DNA of 64,000 nucleotides, taken from positions 32,001 through 96,000 of IMG/VR virus record IMGVR_UViG_3300038673_000220, one strand, 5' to 3'. Shown piece after piece: positions 9,750 through 18,141 of the stretch. Position numbers and translations under genes: made by a program. The notes below the pieces were generated by a model that worked only from the letters and a program-made list of their open reading frames with translations, did no database searches and was not told the DNA's origin. Within the stretch, counting starts at the first letter, position 1, and each line of letters opens with the position of its first letter. The stretch is from a virus (lineage: Duplodnaviria; Caudoviricetes).

Positions 9750-9883
9750 CGTGCAATCCTTTGTTATGATTATTGAAATGATCCCTCATCTAAATGATGG
9801 TTCAGCCTTTTACTATTAAATTTACTCCTAATATGTAATACCATCATATGAAATAAAATAACCTTCACACTAAGGAGATTTCG

Positions 9884-11221
9884 ATGTTTTTCAATATACC
9901 TAGTATTCTTTTTACTCATTCTGATCATCTATCGGTAGATGATCTCAACAGAACTGATAAAGTAGCTGTATCTATCGAGCTTTTCATAAGCTGCATCTTC
10001 TTATCTCTTTATATAAGTAGACTAAGAGGTCATTTTCCTAAAAATAATAAATCTTATAAGCATCTTTTATCATCGATCCTTTTTTGTAAATCATGCGTTA
10101 TCAGGATGCTTTTAGGTAATGTCGAATTAAACGCTATTGAATCTAATACGATCAATAAACTCACAGATCTCTTGAATAACATTCTTTATAAGAATAAAAT
10201 CGATCGTCATATCCAATCTAAAGATCAGATCTTTGCTTCACTTGATCAATCTTCATTCAGCGCTAATCTGATACAAACTGTTAAACGAGAGATCCAATTC
10301 GTTCTCTCTGTAGCTAACCAATTAGATTACACTGACGATGTCATAGTTATACCATACATCAGATCATTCACTTCTCATGAAGCTTTTAACAAAGATACTG
10401 TAACTTTGTCGGATATTCATTTTGACTTAAAGATCGACCAAACTAAGAATACTGCATCAGATCTCTGGTATCGTATTTATCAAGGTATCAAATTCTTTGG
10501 TAATTATGAAGATGTCACGAAAATTCTCCAACATCTTTGTCTCGCTATTAATATAGGGATACTTCCGGATCTCGATTCAGGTCTTGGTTTAACCCTATTC
10601 CCATTTGAATCTTTTTATGTCTCTGATACACTTAAGAAATATATCAGTGAAACAGATATTAACTCTATAGAAAAGCATATCTCTATTTTTGATTACGAAA
10701 CTGTATTTAATACTATCTTATTGAATAATCCAGTTCTTAAAGAAACTCATAGCGCTGCTATGGAAGCTGATTTTACAGACCAAGTCGGTGATTCAGAAGA
10801 AACTACTGATGGTAATGAAGAGGACCAACCAGTGGATGACTCTTTAGATACGGGTGAAGAGGACCAGTTATCTGAAGAACCTGAAACCGATGCATCAACT
10901 GATGACACTCAGGTCGATGCGATGATAAATACAGATAACTCTGAAAATAATTCATCATTCGATGATTCAAATAACCAAGAACAAACTGAAAAAAAATTAC
11001 TAGGGTTTGACGTAAAACTCGTAGTAAATGAAACTTTAGATAGATTTATGTATAAAGTTTCTGTTGCTAAATTCGTCGACAATTTAATCAAATTCAATCA
11101 TGATGACGTACCAACAGAATCAGTTGCGATCCTTCGTAAATGGAAGAATTCGTTTCTGTTTCTAACTGACGCTGATGAAACGAAGCGTCTTCTCAAATCT
11201 TTAAAGATCACCTTAAAATAA
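9884..11221 (+). CDS. Virion (head) protein, phiKZ gp119-like by position
   Basis: Lies between helicase and capsid genes; acidic linker and an AME site matching the S/A/G-X-E head-protease consensus. Confidence 0.6.
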   Translation: MFFNIPSILFTHSDHLSVDDLNRTDKVAVSIELFISCIFLSLYISRLRGHFPKNNKSYKHLLSSILFCKSCVIRMLLGNVELNAIESNTINKLTDLLNNILYKNKIDRHIQSKDQIFASLDQSSFSANLIQTVKREIQFVLSVANQLDYTDDVIVIPYIRSFTSHEAFNKDTVTLSDIHFDLKIDQTKNTASDLWYRIYQGIKFFGNYEDVTKILQHLCLAINIGILPDLDSGLGLTLFPFESFYVSDTLKKYISETDINSIEKHISIFDYETVFNTILLNNPVLKETHSAAMEADFTDQVGDSEETTDGNEEDQPVDDSLDTGEEDQLSEEPETDASTDDTQVDAMINTDNSENNSSFDDSNNQEQTEKKLLGFDVKLVVNETLDRFMYKVSVAKFVDNLIKFNHDDVPTESVAILRKWKNSFLFLTDADETKRLLKSLKITLK

Positions 11222-11244
11222 AAATATCCTTAAGGAGTTTATAC

Positions 11245-13452
11245 ATGACCGCTCTTAATAACTTTCAAGAGTTTATGGCTGGCCTTGAGTCCATGAATAT
11301 CGATGTTGATGGCGATAGCGTATCCATCTCTGATCAGCAAACCATCGACTCTGTTTTTGGTAATGTTAAGAATTTCATCACCTCTAACAACCTGGTTCAA
11401 CCTGATTACTTCCATTCTCTTGAATCCATCGAGACTCCGACCAGATCTCTGAACAAAGCTGTTGATGTAACCGGCGTTGGTATTGAACCATTGATCACCC
11501 TTTGTCAGAATTGTAACGTTCCGTCCAAGCATCTGAAAGCTGCTGTTGAGTCTGTAGCTCTGTGTATTCACAACTACTGTCAGAATTACAGTGCTAGCCA
11601 GCATTTTGCTAAAGGTTCTGCACCGTCTGGTAGCCATGGTGATTACGAGGTTCGTGGATTCGATGGTGTATTCTCTGACCGTATGAATGCCATGGTCAAA
11701 GGAGAGGCTGCAGCTTCTCTTGAGTCTTTTGGTGCCGATGTATCCAACGTTATCTCCGATGCTAAAGTAGCTGTCACTGTAACGATCCTTCGTTATCATC
11801 GTGGCGTTATCCATCGCCTGATTCCGAACATCCCGACTGATTCCGTAATGGTTTCCTACAAGGTTGACCATATGGAAGTATACGACTTGGCTAAATCTCG
11901 TAGTAATGATGCTGCTGAGCGTTATGATGGCCAACATCGTGTACCGTTTGTTGATCTGTATGGCGATCCCTCCCCAGCCAACACTCAGCTGAAACCGATC
12001 GTTCTTCGTACTTCCAACGATGCAACCGCACCGAATTCCAAGCTGCTTGCTGAGAATGTTGGTAAGATCAATACTTCGATCAACATGTTCGATTACTCGA
12101 TCGACGCCGGTGTAATCGGTTATACTCATATCGATTTCACTGATATCGTTGCTGACAACGTCCGTATCAAAGCGCTGTACTTCAACGTCACCGATGGTAC
12201 TTCCACTGAGCTTTTCCGTTTTGGTGTAAGTGAGTATGCTGGCGCTCGTATGTTGATGAATGCCAACAATCTTGATTCTGGCGATCGTACTTGTAACTTC
12301 AAGGATACCCTCGTCCTTGCCAACGATTCCAAAACTTCCAGCGATGTAGCATCCACCTTGCTTGCTGGTCTTACCGAAGATGCAGTTGTCAAATTGGTAA
12401 CCAATGCATCCGGTTCTGTTAATCTGAAAACTTCTGAGATCATCGTTCTTGGATCCACTGCTCCTGCAATCGGTACCGTTTCTGGTAATGCCGTCATTGC
12501 TGCTGATCAGGCGATCTTTGATGCTCTTACTTTCACCATCGTTGGTTTTGAGCCTGCTGCTGAGTTTTCCGAAGAGAACGTACGTAAGACTACTCGTGCA
12601 ATGCGAATCATGACTAAACAGGTTGGTTATGAGATCCCTGGTTCCCAGAACTTCGTTGTTCAGTACTCCCTTACTCAGACTCGTCCGGAAACTGTTATCG
12701 ATGGTCTTGCTAAGCTTATGGCTATTGGTAATGATGATCGTGGTATCAGACTTATCATGGATACCATGGGCAACGTCAAAGATCGTATCGTTGCTGAGTC
12801 CAAACTTAGTGATGCTAACTATGTAAATAAAGTTGGTCAGGCATTCGTCGCTGGCCAGCGTGTTAAACCGTCGATCTTCTTCCACACCATCACTCTTGAT
12901 GCTGATCTGAAGAATATACGTTCTGCTGATAAATGGGGTGATATCCGTGCATTGACTGAGGAGAATCTGCTGAACATCTTCTCTCGTCTGTATCGTGAAT
13001 CCTACTACTCTCAGGAACTGGGTGATGGTGAGAAACCGGTATTCAACTGCTTGACCTCCATCCCGATCAAGTCTTCTCTGCTTTCTGTACCGCATTATCA
13101 CAATCACCTTGCTGATTCTGCAGCTGACAAAGTAGCTGATGGCGTAATCGAGTTCCGTCGTACTCTTCCGGATGGTACTGTACTGAACGTAATCACCACT
13201 ACGTTCAATTACATGGATGACAAGATGCTGATCGTACCTGTACGTCCTTCTCGTCCTCAGTCCGTCCTGAACTTTGCTCAGAACCGTGAGCGTGGTCAGT
13301 TCCTTGCTCAAGCTACTCCGACTATCAACGATTCGATCTTCAACTCATTAATCGGCAACAGTAGGGAATTTCCCGTGGTCTTGTGCCCCGTGGGTGCACT
13401 TGTTCAGATCAGTGGCCTTCATGCTATCTTTGATACCTTTGGTGCTCTGTAA
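11245..13452 (+). CDS. Major capsid protein (phiKZ gp120-like)
   Basis: 735 aa; propeptide with GLE/SLE/SLE cleavage-type sites; strongest codon bias in the window; synteny; long hairpin follows. Confidence 0.85.
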   Translation: MTALNNFQEFMAGLESMNIDVDGDSVSISDQQTIDSVFGNVKNFITSNNLVQPDYFHSLESIETPTRSLNKAVDVTGVGIEPLITLCQNCNVPSKHLKAAVESVALCIHNYCQNYSASQHFAKGSAPSGSHGDYEVRGFDGVFSDRMNAMVKGEAAASLESFGADVSNVISDAKVAVTVTILRYHRGVIHRLIPNIPTDSVMVSYKVDHMEVYDLAKSRSNDAAERYDGQHRVPFVDLYGDPSPANTQLKPIVLRTSNDATAPNSKLLAENVGKINTSINMFDYSIDAGVIGYTHIDFTDIVADNVRIKALYFNVTDGTSTELFRFGVSEYAGARMLMNANNLDSGDRTCNFKDTLVLANDSKTSSDVASTLLAGLTEDAVVKLVTNASGSVNLKTSEIIVLGSTAPAIGTVSGNAVIAADQAIFDALTFTIVGFEPAAEFSEENVRKTTRAMRIMTKQVGYEIPGSQNFVVQYSLTQTRPETVIDGLAKLMAIGNDDRGIRLIMDTMGNVKDRIVAESKLSDANYVNKVGQAFVAGQRVKPSIFFHTITLDADLKNIRSADKWGDIRALTEENLLNIFSRLYRESYYSQELGDGEKPVFNCLTSIPIKSSLLSVPHYHNHLADSAADKVADGVIEFRRTLPDGTVLNVITTTFNYMDDKMLIVPVRPSRPQSVLNFAQNRERGQFLAQATPTINDSIFNSLIGNSREFPVVLCPVGALVQISGLHAIFDTFGAL

Positions 13453-13485
13453 TTTTTAATGCTTGATTAGTTATTTTGATACCAA

Positions 13486-13523
13486 ACCTTCTACCAGTAG
13501 CATAATAGCTACTGGTAGAAGGT
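13486..13523 (+). terminator. Terminator-like hairpin, 16-bp stem
   Basis: ACCTTCTACCAGTAGC-N6-GCTACTGGTAGAAGGT after the capsid gene. Confidence 0.8.
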
Positions 13524-13593
13524 ATTCCTATTTAGGCTTTTCAAGTGAAATATCGCTCAATTGGTAAATATAAAATATTAAAACAAGCTACAA

Positions 13594-13604
13594 ATATATA
13601 TTAT
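13594..13604 (+). promoter_or_regulatory. Phage promoter-like motif ATATATATTAT
   Basis: Exact motif upstream of ORF 13651. Confidence 0.65.
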
Positions 13605-13650
13605 ACTCTAACAAAATAGTAGTTAAACTCAATAATTCAAGGAGTAAAGT

Positions 13651-13905
13651 ATGAAAGGTAGACGTAATCCGAACATTCGTTATGACAGCCCTATTCGTCG
13701 TTGGATTTCTGACAAATTACGTGAAAAAGGAATCAATGATCCTCTTCAATTCAGACAGTTGTGTTATGATTATTTTAAAGAGCATACTGATATTGATCAG
13801 AGTCGTTATATCAGTAAAGCTTCTGATTTGATGAAACCTATTTTAGGTCAATGTGTTCTTGGTAGAAAGACTGCTGGTATCATCATTGAGCATATATCAT
13901 ACTAA
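13651..13905 (+). CDS. Small hypothetical protein, C-terminus probably truncated by the IS insertion
   Basis: SD AAGGAG. A compatible tail (ISLGETHDWWKEPS*) lies right after the IS right end at 15289-15333. Confidence 0.7.
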   Translation: MKGRRNPNIRYDSPIRRWISDKLREKGINDPLQFRQLCYDYFKEHTDIDQSRYISKASDLMKPILGQCVLGRKTAGIIIEHISY

Positions 13906-15287
13906 GAAGATGACCCTTTCCTTTAGGTGAGGGGGTACTGAGAATCATAAATTATCCATACAGAACGCATAATCCAAAAGGATCAATCATGAACCTAACA
14001 GCTCAGGTAAAACTGGAGCCTGATGCTGATCAGGCTTTATCATTAACTCGAACCATGCAGCTCTTTAATGATGCTTGCAACTTTGTAGCTAAATTAGCTT
14101 TTAAGCGTAAAGTATACCATCCAGTAGCGTTGCACAATCTCAAGATCAGCGACAGCACACTTTATTACCATCTTAGAGCTACTTATCCAAAGCTCAATTC
14201 GATACAAATCGAACTGGTTTTTCGTAAGGTGGCTGATGCTTATAAAACACGCTTAAAACGCTTAAAGAAGAGGAAGAAGCTAAAGCATCCTTGCAGGTTC
14301 AAAGAGATGAGCAGCATTCCTTATAATCATCTTATCAGTAACTATAAGCTTATCGTAGCTTCGGCTGGAGATAGAGCAATCACTCCACACCTTTCAGTCG
14401 TTTTAGTTGACGATGCTCGATACAAACGTTCTAAGATCGATTACATCGTAGCTGATCATCAGCGTAAGATATTAGCTAACGCTGTTCCTGGAACGTTTGG
14501 CGGAGAATCGCGGATCTCATTCCGAAAAGGCGCTTTTTATATCAACATCCCAGTGGAGCAATGCGTTGCTCCAGAAGCTATCGATCCGATCAGATCGATT
14601 GGAGTGGATCTTGGAGTAGTGAATATCGCAACTACTTCGTATGGTAAGATCTTCAGTGGAGAGCTTATCGAAAATAAGCGGTTGAAGTTCCAGAAGCATC
14701 GATCTTCATTACAAAAGTGTGGATCGAAATCAGCTAAGCGTCGGTTGAAGTCAGTAGCTGGTAAAGAAGCACGTTTTCGCAAAGATCTCAATCATTGCAT
14801 CAGTAAAGAGCTCGTTGTTGCGGCTAAAGGCACAAGTTCACGGATCGTGTTGGAGGATCTCACCAACATCCGAGAACAGACAACGGTTAGGAAGCAGCAA
14901 CGAGCTCGTCATCATGGTTGGAGTTTTGCTCAATTACGTGAGTTCATCGGCTACAAAGCAGCTATGGCTCAAGTGGAAGTTAAGGTTGTGGATCCGAGCT
15001 ACACGAGCCAAAGATGCAATAACTGCGGAAGCATCAGTCGATCGAACCGAAGAAATCAGTTCCGATTCAGCTGCAAAAGTTGCGGTCATGATGCTCATGC
15101 AGATTACAACGCCGCTTGCAATCTAGCTTGGTTAGGAGATAATGGTGCTGAACGATTCGTTAAGGATGAGTTGATGCACTAAAGACTATGTTGGGGCTGT
15201 AACTGTCAACCAGCCTTATGTAGGGGTGCTATCGGAGCAATGATAGAGCTACTTACAAGCCTCTTCCTTTAGGTGGAGGTTGTTGAC
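13890..15287 (+). mobile_element. IS200/IS605-family element, TnpB only (IS1341-like)
   Basis: Left-end hairpin ACCCTTTCCTTTAGGTGAGGGGGT (13913-13936) and right end AAGCCTCTTCCTTTAGGTGGAGGTTGTTGAC ending 15287 share a TTCCTTTAGGTG core. No tnpA. Left boundary is inferred. Confidence 0.85.
13989..15182 (+). CDS. tnpB: RNA-guided endonuclease TnpB
   Basis: RuvC-I GVDLG, RuvC-II VLEDL, YTSQRC..C/C..C zinc finger and RuvC-III ADYNAACN; all catalytic acids present. Confidence 0.95.
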   Translation: MNLTAQVKLEPDADQALSLTRTMQLFNDACNFVAKLAFKRKVYHPVALHNLKISDSTLYYHLRATYPKLNSIQIELVFRKVADAYKTRLKRLKKRKKLKHPCRFKEMSSIPYNHLISNYKLIVASAGDRAITPHLSVVLVDDARYKRSKIDYIVADHQRKILANAVPGTFGGESRISFRKGAFYINIPVEQCVAPEAIDPIRSIGVDLGVVNIATTSYGKIFSGELIENKRLKFQKHRSSLQKCGSKSAKRRLKSVAGKEARFRKDLNHCISKELVVAAKGTSSRIVLEDLTNIREQTTVRKQQRARHHGWSFAQLREFIGYKAAMAQVEVKVVDPSYTSQRCNNCGSISRSNRRNQFRFSCKSCGHDAHADYNAACNLAWLGDNGAERFVKDELMH

Positions 15288-15307
15288 TATCAGTTTAGGT
15301 GAAACTC
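15183..15307 (+). ncRNA. TnpB omega/reRNA scaffold 3' part plus flanking guide
   Basis: GGGCTG...GTCAACCAGCC, TGTAG...TACAAGCC and right-end hairpin typical of IS605 right ends. Predicted guide TATCAGTTTAGGTGAAACTC (15288-15307). The 5' end probably overlaps tnpB. Confidence 0.7.
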
Positions 15308-15332
15308 ATGATTGGTGGAAAGAACCATCTTG

Positions 15333-15389
15333 ATATAAACAAGGAACGCTACCATCATTGGTAGCGTTCCTTGTTTATATTTATTTTTT
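15333..15389 (+). terminator. Intrinsic terminator, 21-bp stem
   Basis: ATATAAACAAGGAACGCTACC-N6-GGTAGCGTTCCTTGTTTATAT plus T tract. Confidence 0.9.
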
Positions 15390-15412
15390 AATGTATTCTA
15401 AAGATGCTTTAT

Positions 15413-15423
15413 TTATATATTAA
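15413..15423 (+). promoter_or_regulatory. Variant promoter-like motif TTATATATTAA
   Basis: Near match to the consensus, between terminator and small-gene cluster. Confidence 0.5.
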
Positions 15424-15480
15424 TGAGGTGAATAGTAGAATTAATCAAAAAGATCTGTCATTTTATTTAAGGAGAGTATC

Positions 15481-15687
15481 ATGGATATAAAACAAGGTTT
15501 GGTTGTTGTTGGTATCGTCGTCGGTGTTTTAGGTTGTAGTGTTGGTCTTATCAAAAGACAAATAGTGATAAAAGAATTCAGTAAAATGAATTCTGATTAT
15601 TTGAAAGATCTTAGAGGTGAATTAACTTCTGAAAATCCTATTCAAGGTATCATTACTGGTATCTTGAAAAAGAGAGGTGAAAACTGA
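15481..15687 (+). CDS. Small membrane-anchored protein (paralogue 1)
   Basis: SD AAGGAG; N-terminal hydrophobic helix; ends ILKKRG. Confidence 0.75.
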   Translation: MDIKQGLVVVGIVVGVLGCSVGLIKRQIVIKEFSKMNSDYLKDLRGELTSENPIQGIITGILKKRGEN

Positions 15688-15920
15688 TGTCCATTCAAGC
15701 TGAATTAGTTGGTGCTGGAATCATTCTTGGATCAGCTCTTCTCTATATGGGTGGATCCAAGATCGTTGTAAAGAGATGCTCTGATGAAGAGCTTCGTCAG
15801 AAGTATTATAAGATGAAGGATCTTGCTGAGAAAGATCATAGGATCTTGAGGGTATTTCCTTTCAGAGTATCTTTTAACCAAATCATTGATGAAATCAAAA
15901 GGAGAGGATTAAATGGATAA
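15687..15920 (+). CDS. Small membrane-anchored protein (paralogue 2)
   Basis: TGATG coupling; N-terminal TM; ends EIKRRG. Confidence 0.75.
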   Translation: MSIQAELVGAGIILGSALLYMGGSKIVVKRCSDEELRQKYYKMKDLAEKDHRILRVFPFRVSFNQIIDEIKRRGLNG

Positions 15921-16278
15921 GTTGGCTTCTTTGTATTTGGCAGGTGCAACTGTAGCATTGGGAAGTTATGCATATTTCTTTATCAAAACCAAGAGGATGA
16001 ATAATCTTGAGTTGTGTGGTCGTTATATGAAAGTGGTAGAACGACTCAACAAAAGAGAATCATCTATCAGTCTTAAAGCTCAATACAGCATTCTTCGTAA
16101 TGAATGCATCAAACGTAATCTCATCGGAGGAGAAAATACTATGTCTATCGTAATCAATCAAGTCAATGATACCTTTAATCAATTAACCATCACTTGTAAC
16201 ATCTGTAGAAAGCTTCGGATCGTTAATCCGATCAAGATCGCTAGAGTGTTCAGTACAGTTAATGCATTTGTTCATTAA
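15913..16278 (+). CDS. Small membrane-anchored protein (paralogue 3) with possible internal start at 16141
   Basis: SD GAGGA; N-terminal TM; ECIKRN motif; internal GGAGG followed by in-frame ATG at 16141. Confidence 0.7.
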   Translation: MDKLASLYLAGATVALGSYAYFFIKTKRMNNLELCGRYMKVVERLNKRESSISLKAQYSILRNECIKRNLIGGENTMSIVINQVNDTFNQLTITCNICRKLRIVNPIKIARVFSTVNAFVH

Positions 16279-16283
16279 TTCAT

Positions 16284-16294
16284 TTATATATTAT
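16284..16294 (+). promoter_or_regulatory. Variant promoter-like motif TTATATATTAT
   Basis: One mismatch to the consensus; followed by AGGTGAA like the 15413 copy. Confidence 0.55.
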
Positions 16295-16378
16295 TAGGTG
16301 AAGAATATGAATAGATGCTATACTTAGGTATATTTCAAAAGTACATCTATGTATGTTATTTAATCATAGGGAGGGATT

Positions 16379-16501
16379 ATGTACATATTAGTTCGGATAG
16401 GTTGTAAATTCGTAGTTTCAACAACGTTGGATATATTGTCAAATCAAACACCTTTAATCGTTAAAGTGTGTAGAGCATTTTCATCAAAGGGTAAGAAATA
16501 A
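16379..16501 (+). CDS. 40-aa small ORF not in the ORF track (MYILVRIGCKFVVSTTLDILSNQTPLIVKVCRAFSSKGKK)
   Basis: GGAGG SD just upstream of ATG; downstream of a promoter motif. Confidence 0.45.
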   Translation: MYILVRIGCKFVVSTTLDILSNQTPLIVKVCRAFSSKGKK

Positions 16502-16538
16502 TCCTTACCTAAATTCTTTATCCTAAGGAGGATATACC

Positions 16539-16838
16539 ATGTCTGAGAATATCGACAACACCAACAAGAATACCACCAGTGTTAATGAGAACAACAATAC
16601 TGATAATCCTCAGGTTCCTGAGAATCCCGGATTCTTCGGTCGTATCAAGGGTCTGCCTTGGAAGAAGGTCGGTATCTACAGTGCTGGGACTGCACTTGTT
16701 GTAGTCGGTGGTGTTTTCGCTTACAATGGCCTGATGGAGAAGGTTGTTGAAGTGGCCACGGAAGCCGCTGAGAAGGTTGTTGAGAATGCTGGTAAAGTAG
16801 CTGAAACAGCTGCTGAAGCGATTGACGCTATCGCATAA
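16539..16838 (+). CDS. Single-TM protein with Asn-rich N-terminus and Ala/Glu-rich C-terminal helix
   Basis: Full TAAGGAGG SD; central TM; capsid-like codon bias. Confidence 0.85.
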   Translation: MSENIDNTNKNTTSVNENNNTDNPQVPENPGFFGRIKGLPWKKVGIYSAGTALVVVGGVFAYNGLMEKVVEVATEAAEKVVENAGKVAETAAEAIDAIA

Positions 16839-16848
16839 TATCAAGTAA

Positions 16849-16890
16849 GATGAGGGGTTTTGATTAACCCCTCATCCTATCCTTTTATTT
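16849..16890 (+). terminator. Terminator, 11-bp stem
   Basis: GATGAGGGGTT-N6-AACCCCTCATC then T-rich tract. Confidence 0.75.
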
Positions 16891-16903
16891 TTGGAGGTTC
16901 TTC

Positions 16904-17197
16904 ATGTCAACTGTCAAGATGTTCTTCAACGCATTACGGATTTGGATAGTCTTCGCTTCAGCATCTATCGTAACAGCTATGCTGGTTATGGTGTTCTTAT
17001 CAATCCTTTCCGGCATCCTTGTCTCTATTTCAAATCCTTTCTCACTATGTATCGATATCGCTATTCTCTTCTTACTGAAGTATTATGGCGTATTCGATAA
17101 GATCAAATCGTGGAATATTCCAGGAAAGCTTAAGACTTTCTATGAATGGGTTGGATGGAATTTTCGTGATGTATTTCGGAAAGAAAATGAGCAGTGA
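16904..17197 (+). CDS. Small membrane protein (about two TM segments)
   Basis: SD GGAGG; long hydrophobic stretches. Confidence 0.75.
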   Translation: MSTVKMFFNALRIWIVFASASIVTAMLVMVFLSILSGILVSISNPFSLCIDIAILFLLKYYGVFDKIKSWNIPGKLKTFYEWVGWNFRDVFRKENEQ

Positions 17198-17235
17198 TTA
17201 GAGAGCTTCCTTATTATGGAAGCTCTCTAACCTTT
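17198..17235. terminator. Terminator between convergent genes, 13-bp stem
   Basis: TTAGAGAGCTTCC-N7-GGAAGCTCTCTAA. Confidence 0.85.
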
Positions 17236-18129
17236 TTATTTTTTTGCTGATTTAAGTGTTTCTTCGACAACAGTGTTCAACCAGAATTCGAGATGATGAT
17301 ACTCTTTGACAAGCATAGCGTATTGTTCAATCAATACTCCAGTATCATTCATGATAGCAGCTAATCCAGAGATACGATGAAGATCAACATTATTATTTTT
17401 TGTTTTAATAACGCTATCATGAACTTTACTAAAAGTGTTGTAAAGACGATCCAAGGTTCTACCGATGACGATAGCTTTTTCAAGTTCAGGAGCTTGTGTT
17501 AAAGTGAGGTCGATCGCATCTTTAAAATCCCCAACTGAATCGAAGATCGCACCAAAGGTAGTTTTCTTAGAATCTGTTGAAACGATGTTTAAGAGGTATT
17601 GAGAGACATCACCAGATTTGAATACGTTTAATATATCAATGTTCTTGATACAAGCTTCAACGTTATTCAGATCATTGATAGCTAAAAACGAACCGATCTT
17701 CATGTAGTTATCAATAAGACTTGCCATACGTCGATCCATATCAAACGTAGTGAATGTCTCGATCATGAAATTGATGATATCTAAAGGCGGTTTTCTAAAA
17801 GGGTAACTTGGTACTATCGTATTATTCAAAAGAGAGTATTCTGTTGAATAGAGTCGACTTATTCCGAATTTGTTATTCTGAATAGTTATCGTAAGGACGC
17901 TTCGTTTGATATCCTTGAATGAATCCTTTAGCATGGATGCCATATTATTCTTAATACGAACAATGAAATCAGCAAAGGATATAGCTATATTCTGTAAGAG
18001 TTTACCTAACCCTTCTTCAGAAAGATTGTCATGCGTGAGGCCATAAAGGTTCAAGAGGTTTTCAAGCTCTTGAGCTTCAAGGTTCAAGATAGGTGAATCG
18101 TAAATAGGGTTGATGATCATCTTTGACAT
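17236..18129 (-). CDS. Putative internal head protein
   Basis: SEE|G site after an acidic leader followed by an amphipathic helix, as in phiKZ-type processed head proteins. Confidence 0.55.
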   Translation of the reverse strand: MSKMIINPIYDSPILNLEAQELENLLNLYGLTHDNLSEEGLGKLLQNIAISFADFIVRIKNNMASMLKDSFKDIKRSVLTITIQNNKFGISRLYSTEYSLLNNTIVPSYPFRKPPLDIINFMIETFTTFDMDRRMASLIDNYMKIGSFLAINDLNNVEACIKNIDILNVFKSGDVSQYLLNIVSTDSKKTTFGAIFDSVGDFKDAIDLTLTQAPELEKAIVIGRTLDRLYNTFSKVHDSVIKTKNNNVDLHRISGLAAIMNDTGVLIEQYAMLVKEYHHLEFWLNTVVEETLKSAKK

Positions 18130-18141
18130 CTAAAGTTCTCC

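Noticed and set aside
11239-13311. 690-aa antisense ORF over the capsid gene
   Set aside because: Codon-aligned shadow: the capsid gene avoids TTA/CTA/TCA, which removes antisense stops. No recognisable motifs.
13890-13988. TnpB element as an IStron
   Set aside because: Only about 100 nt precede tnpB, too short for a group I core.
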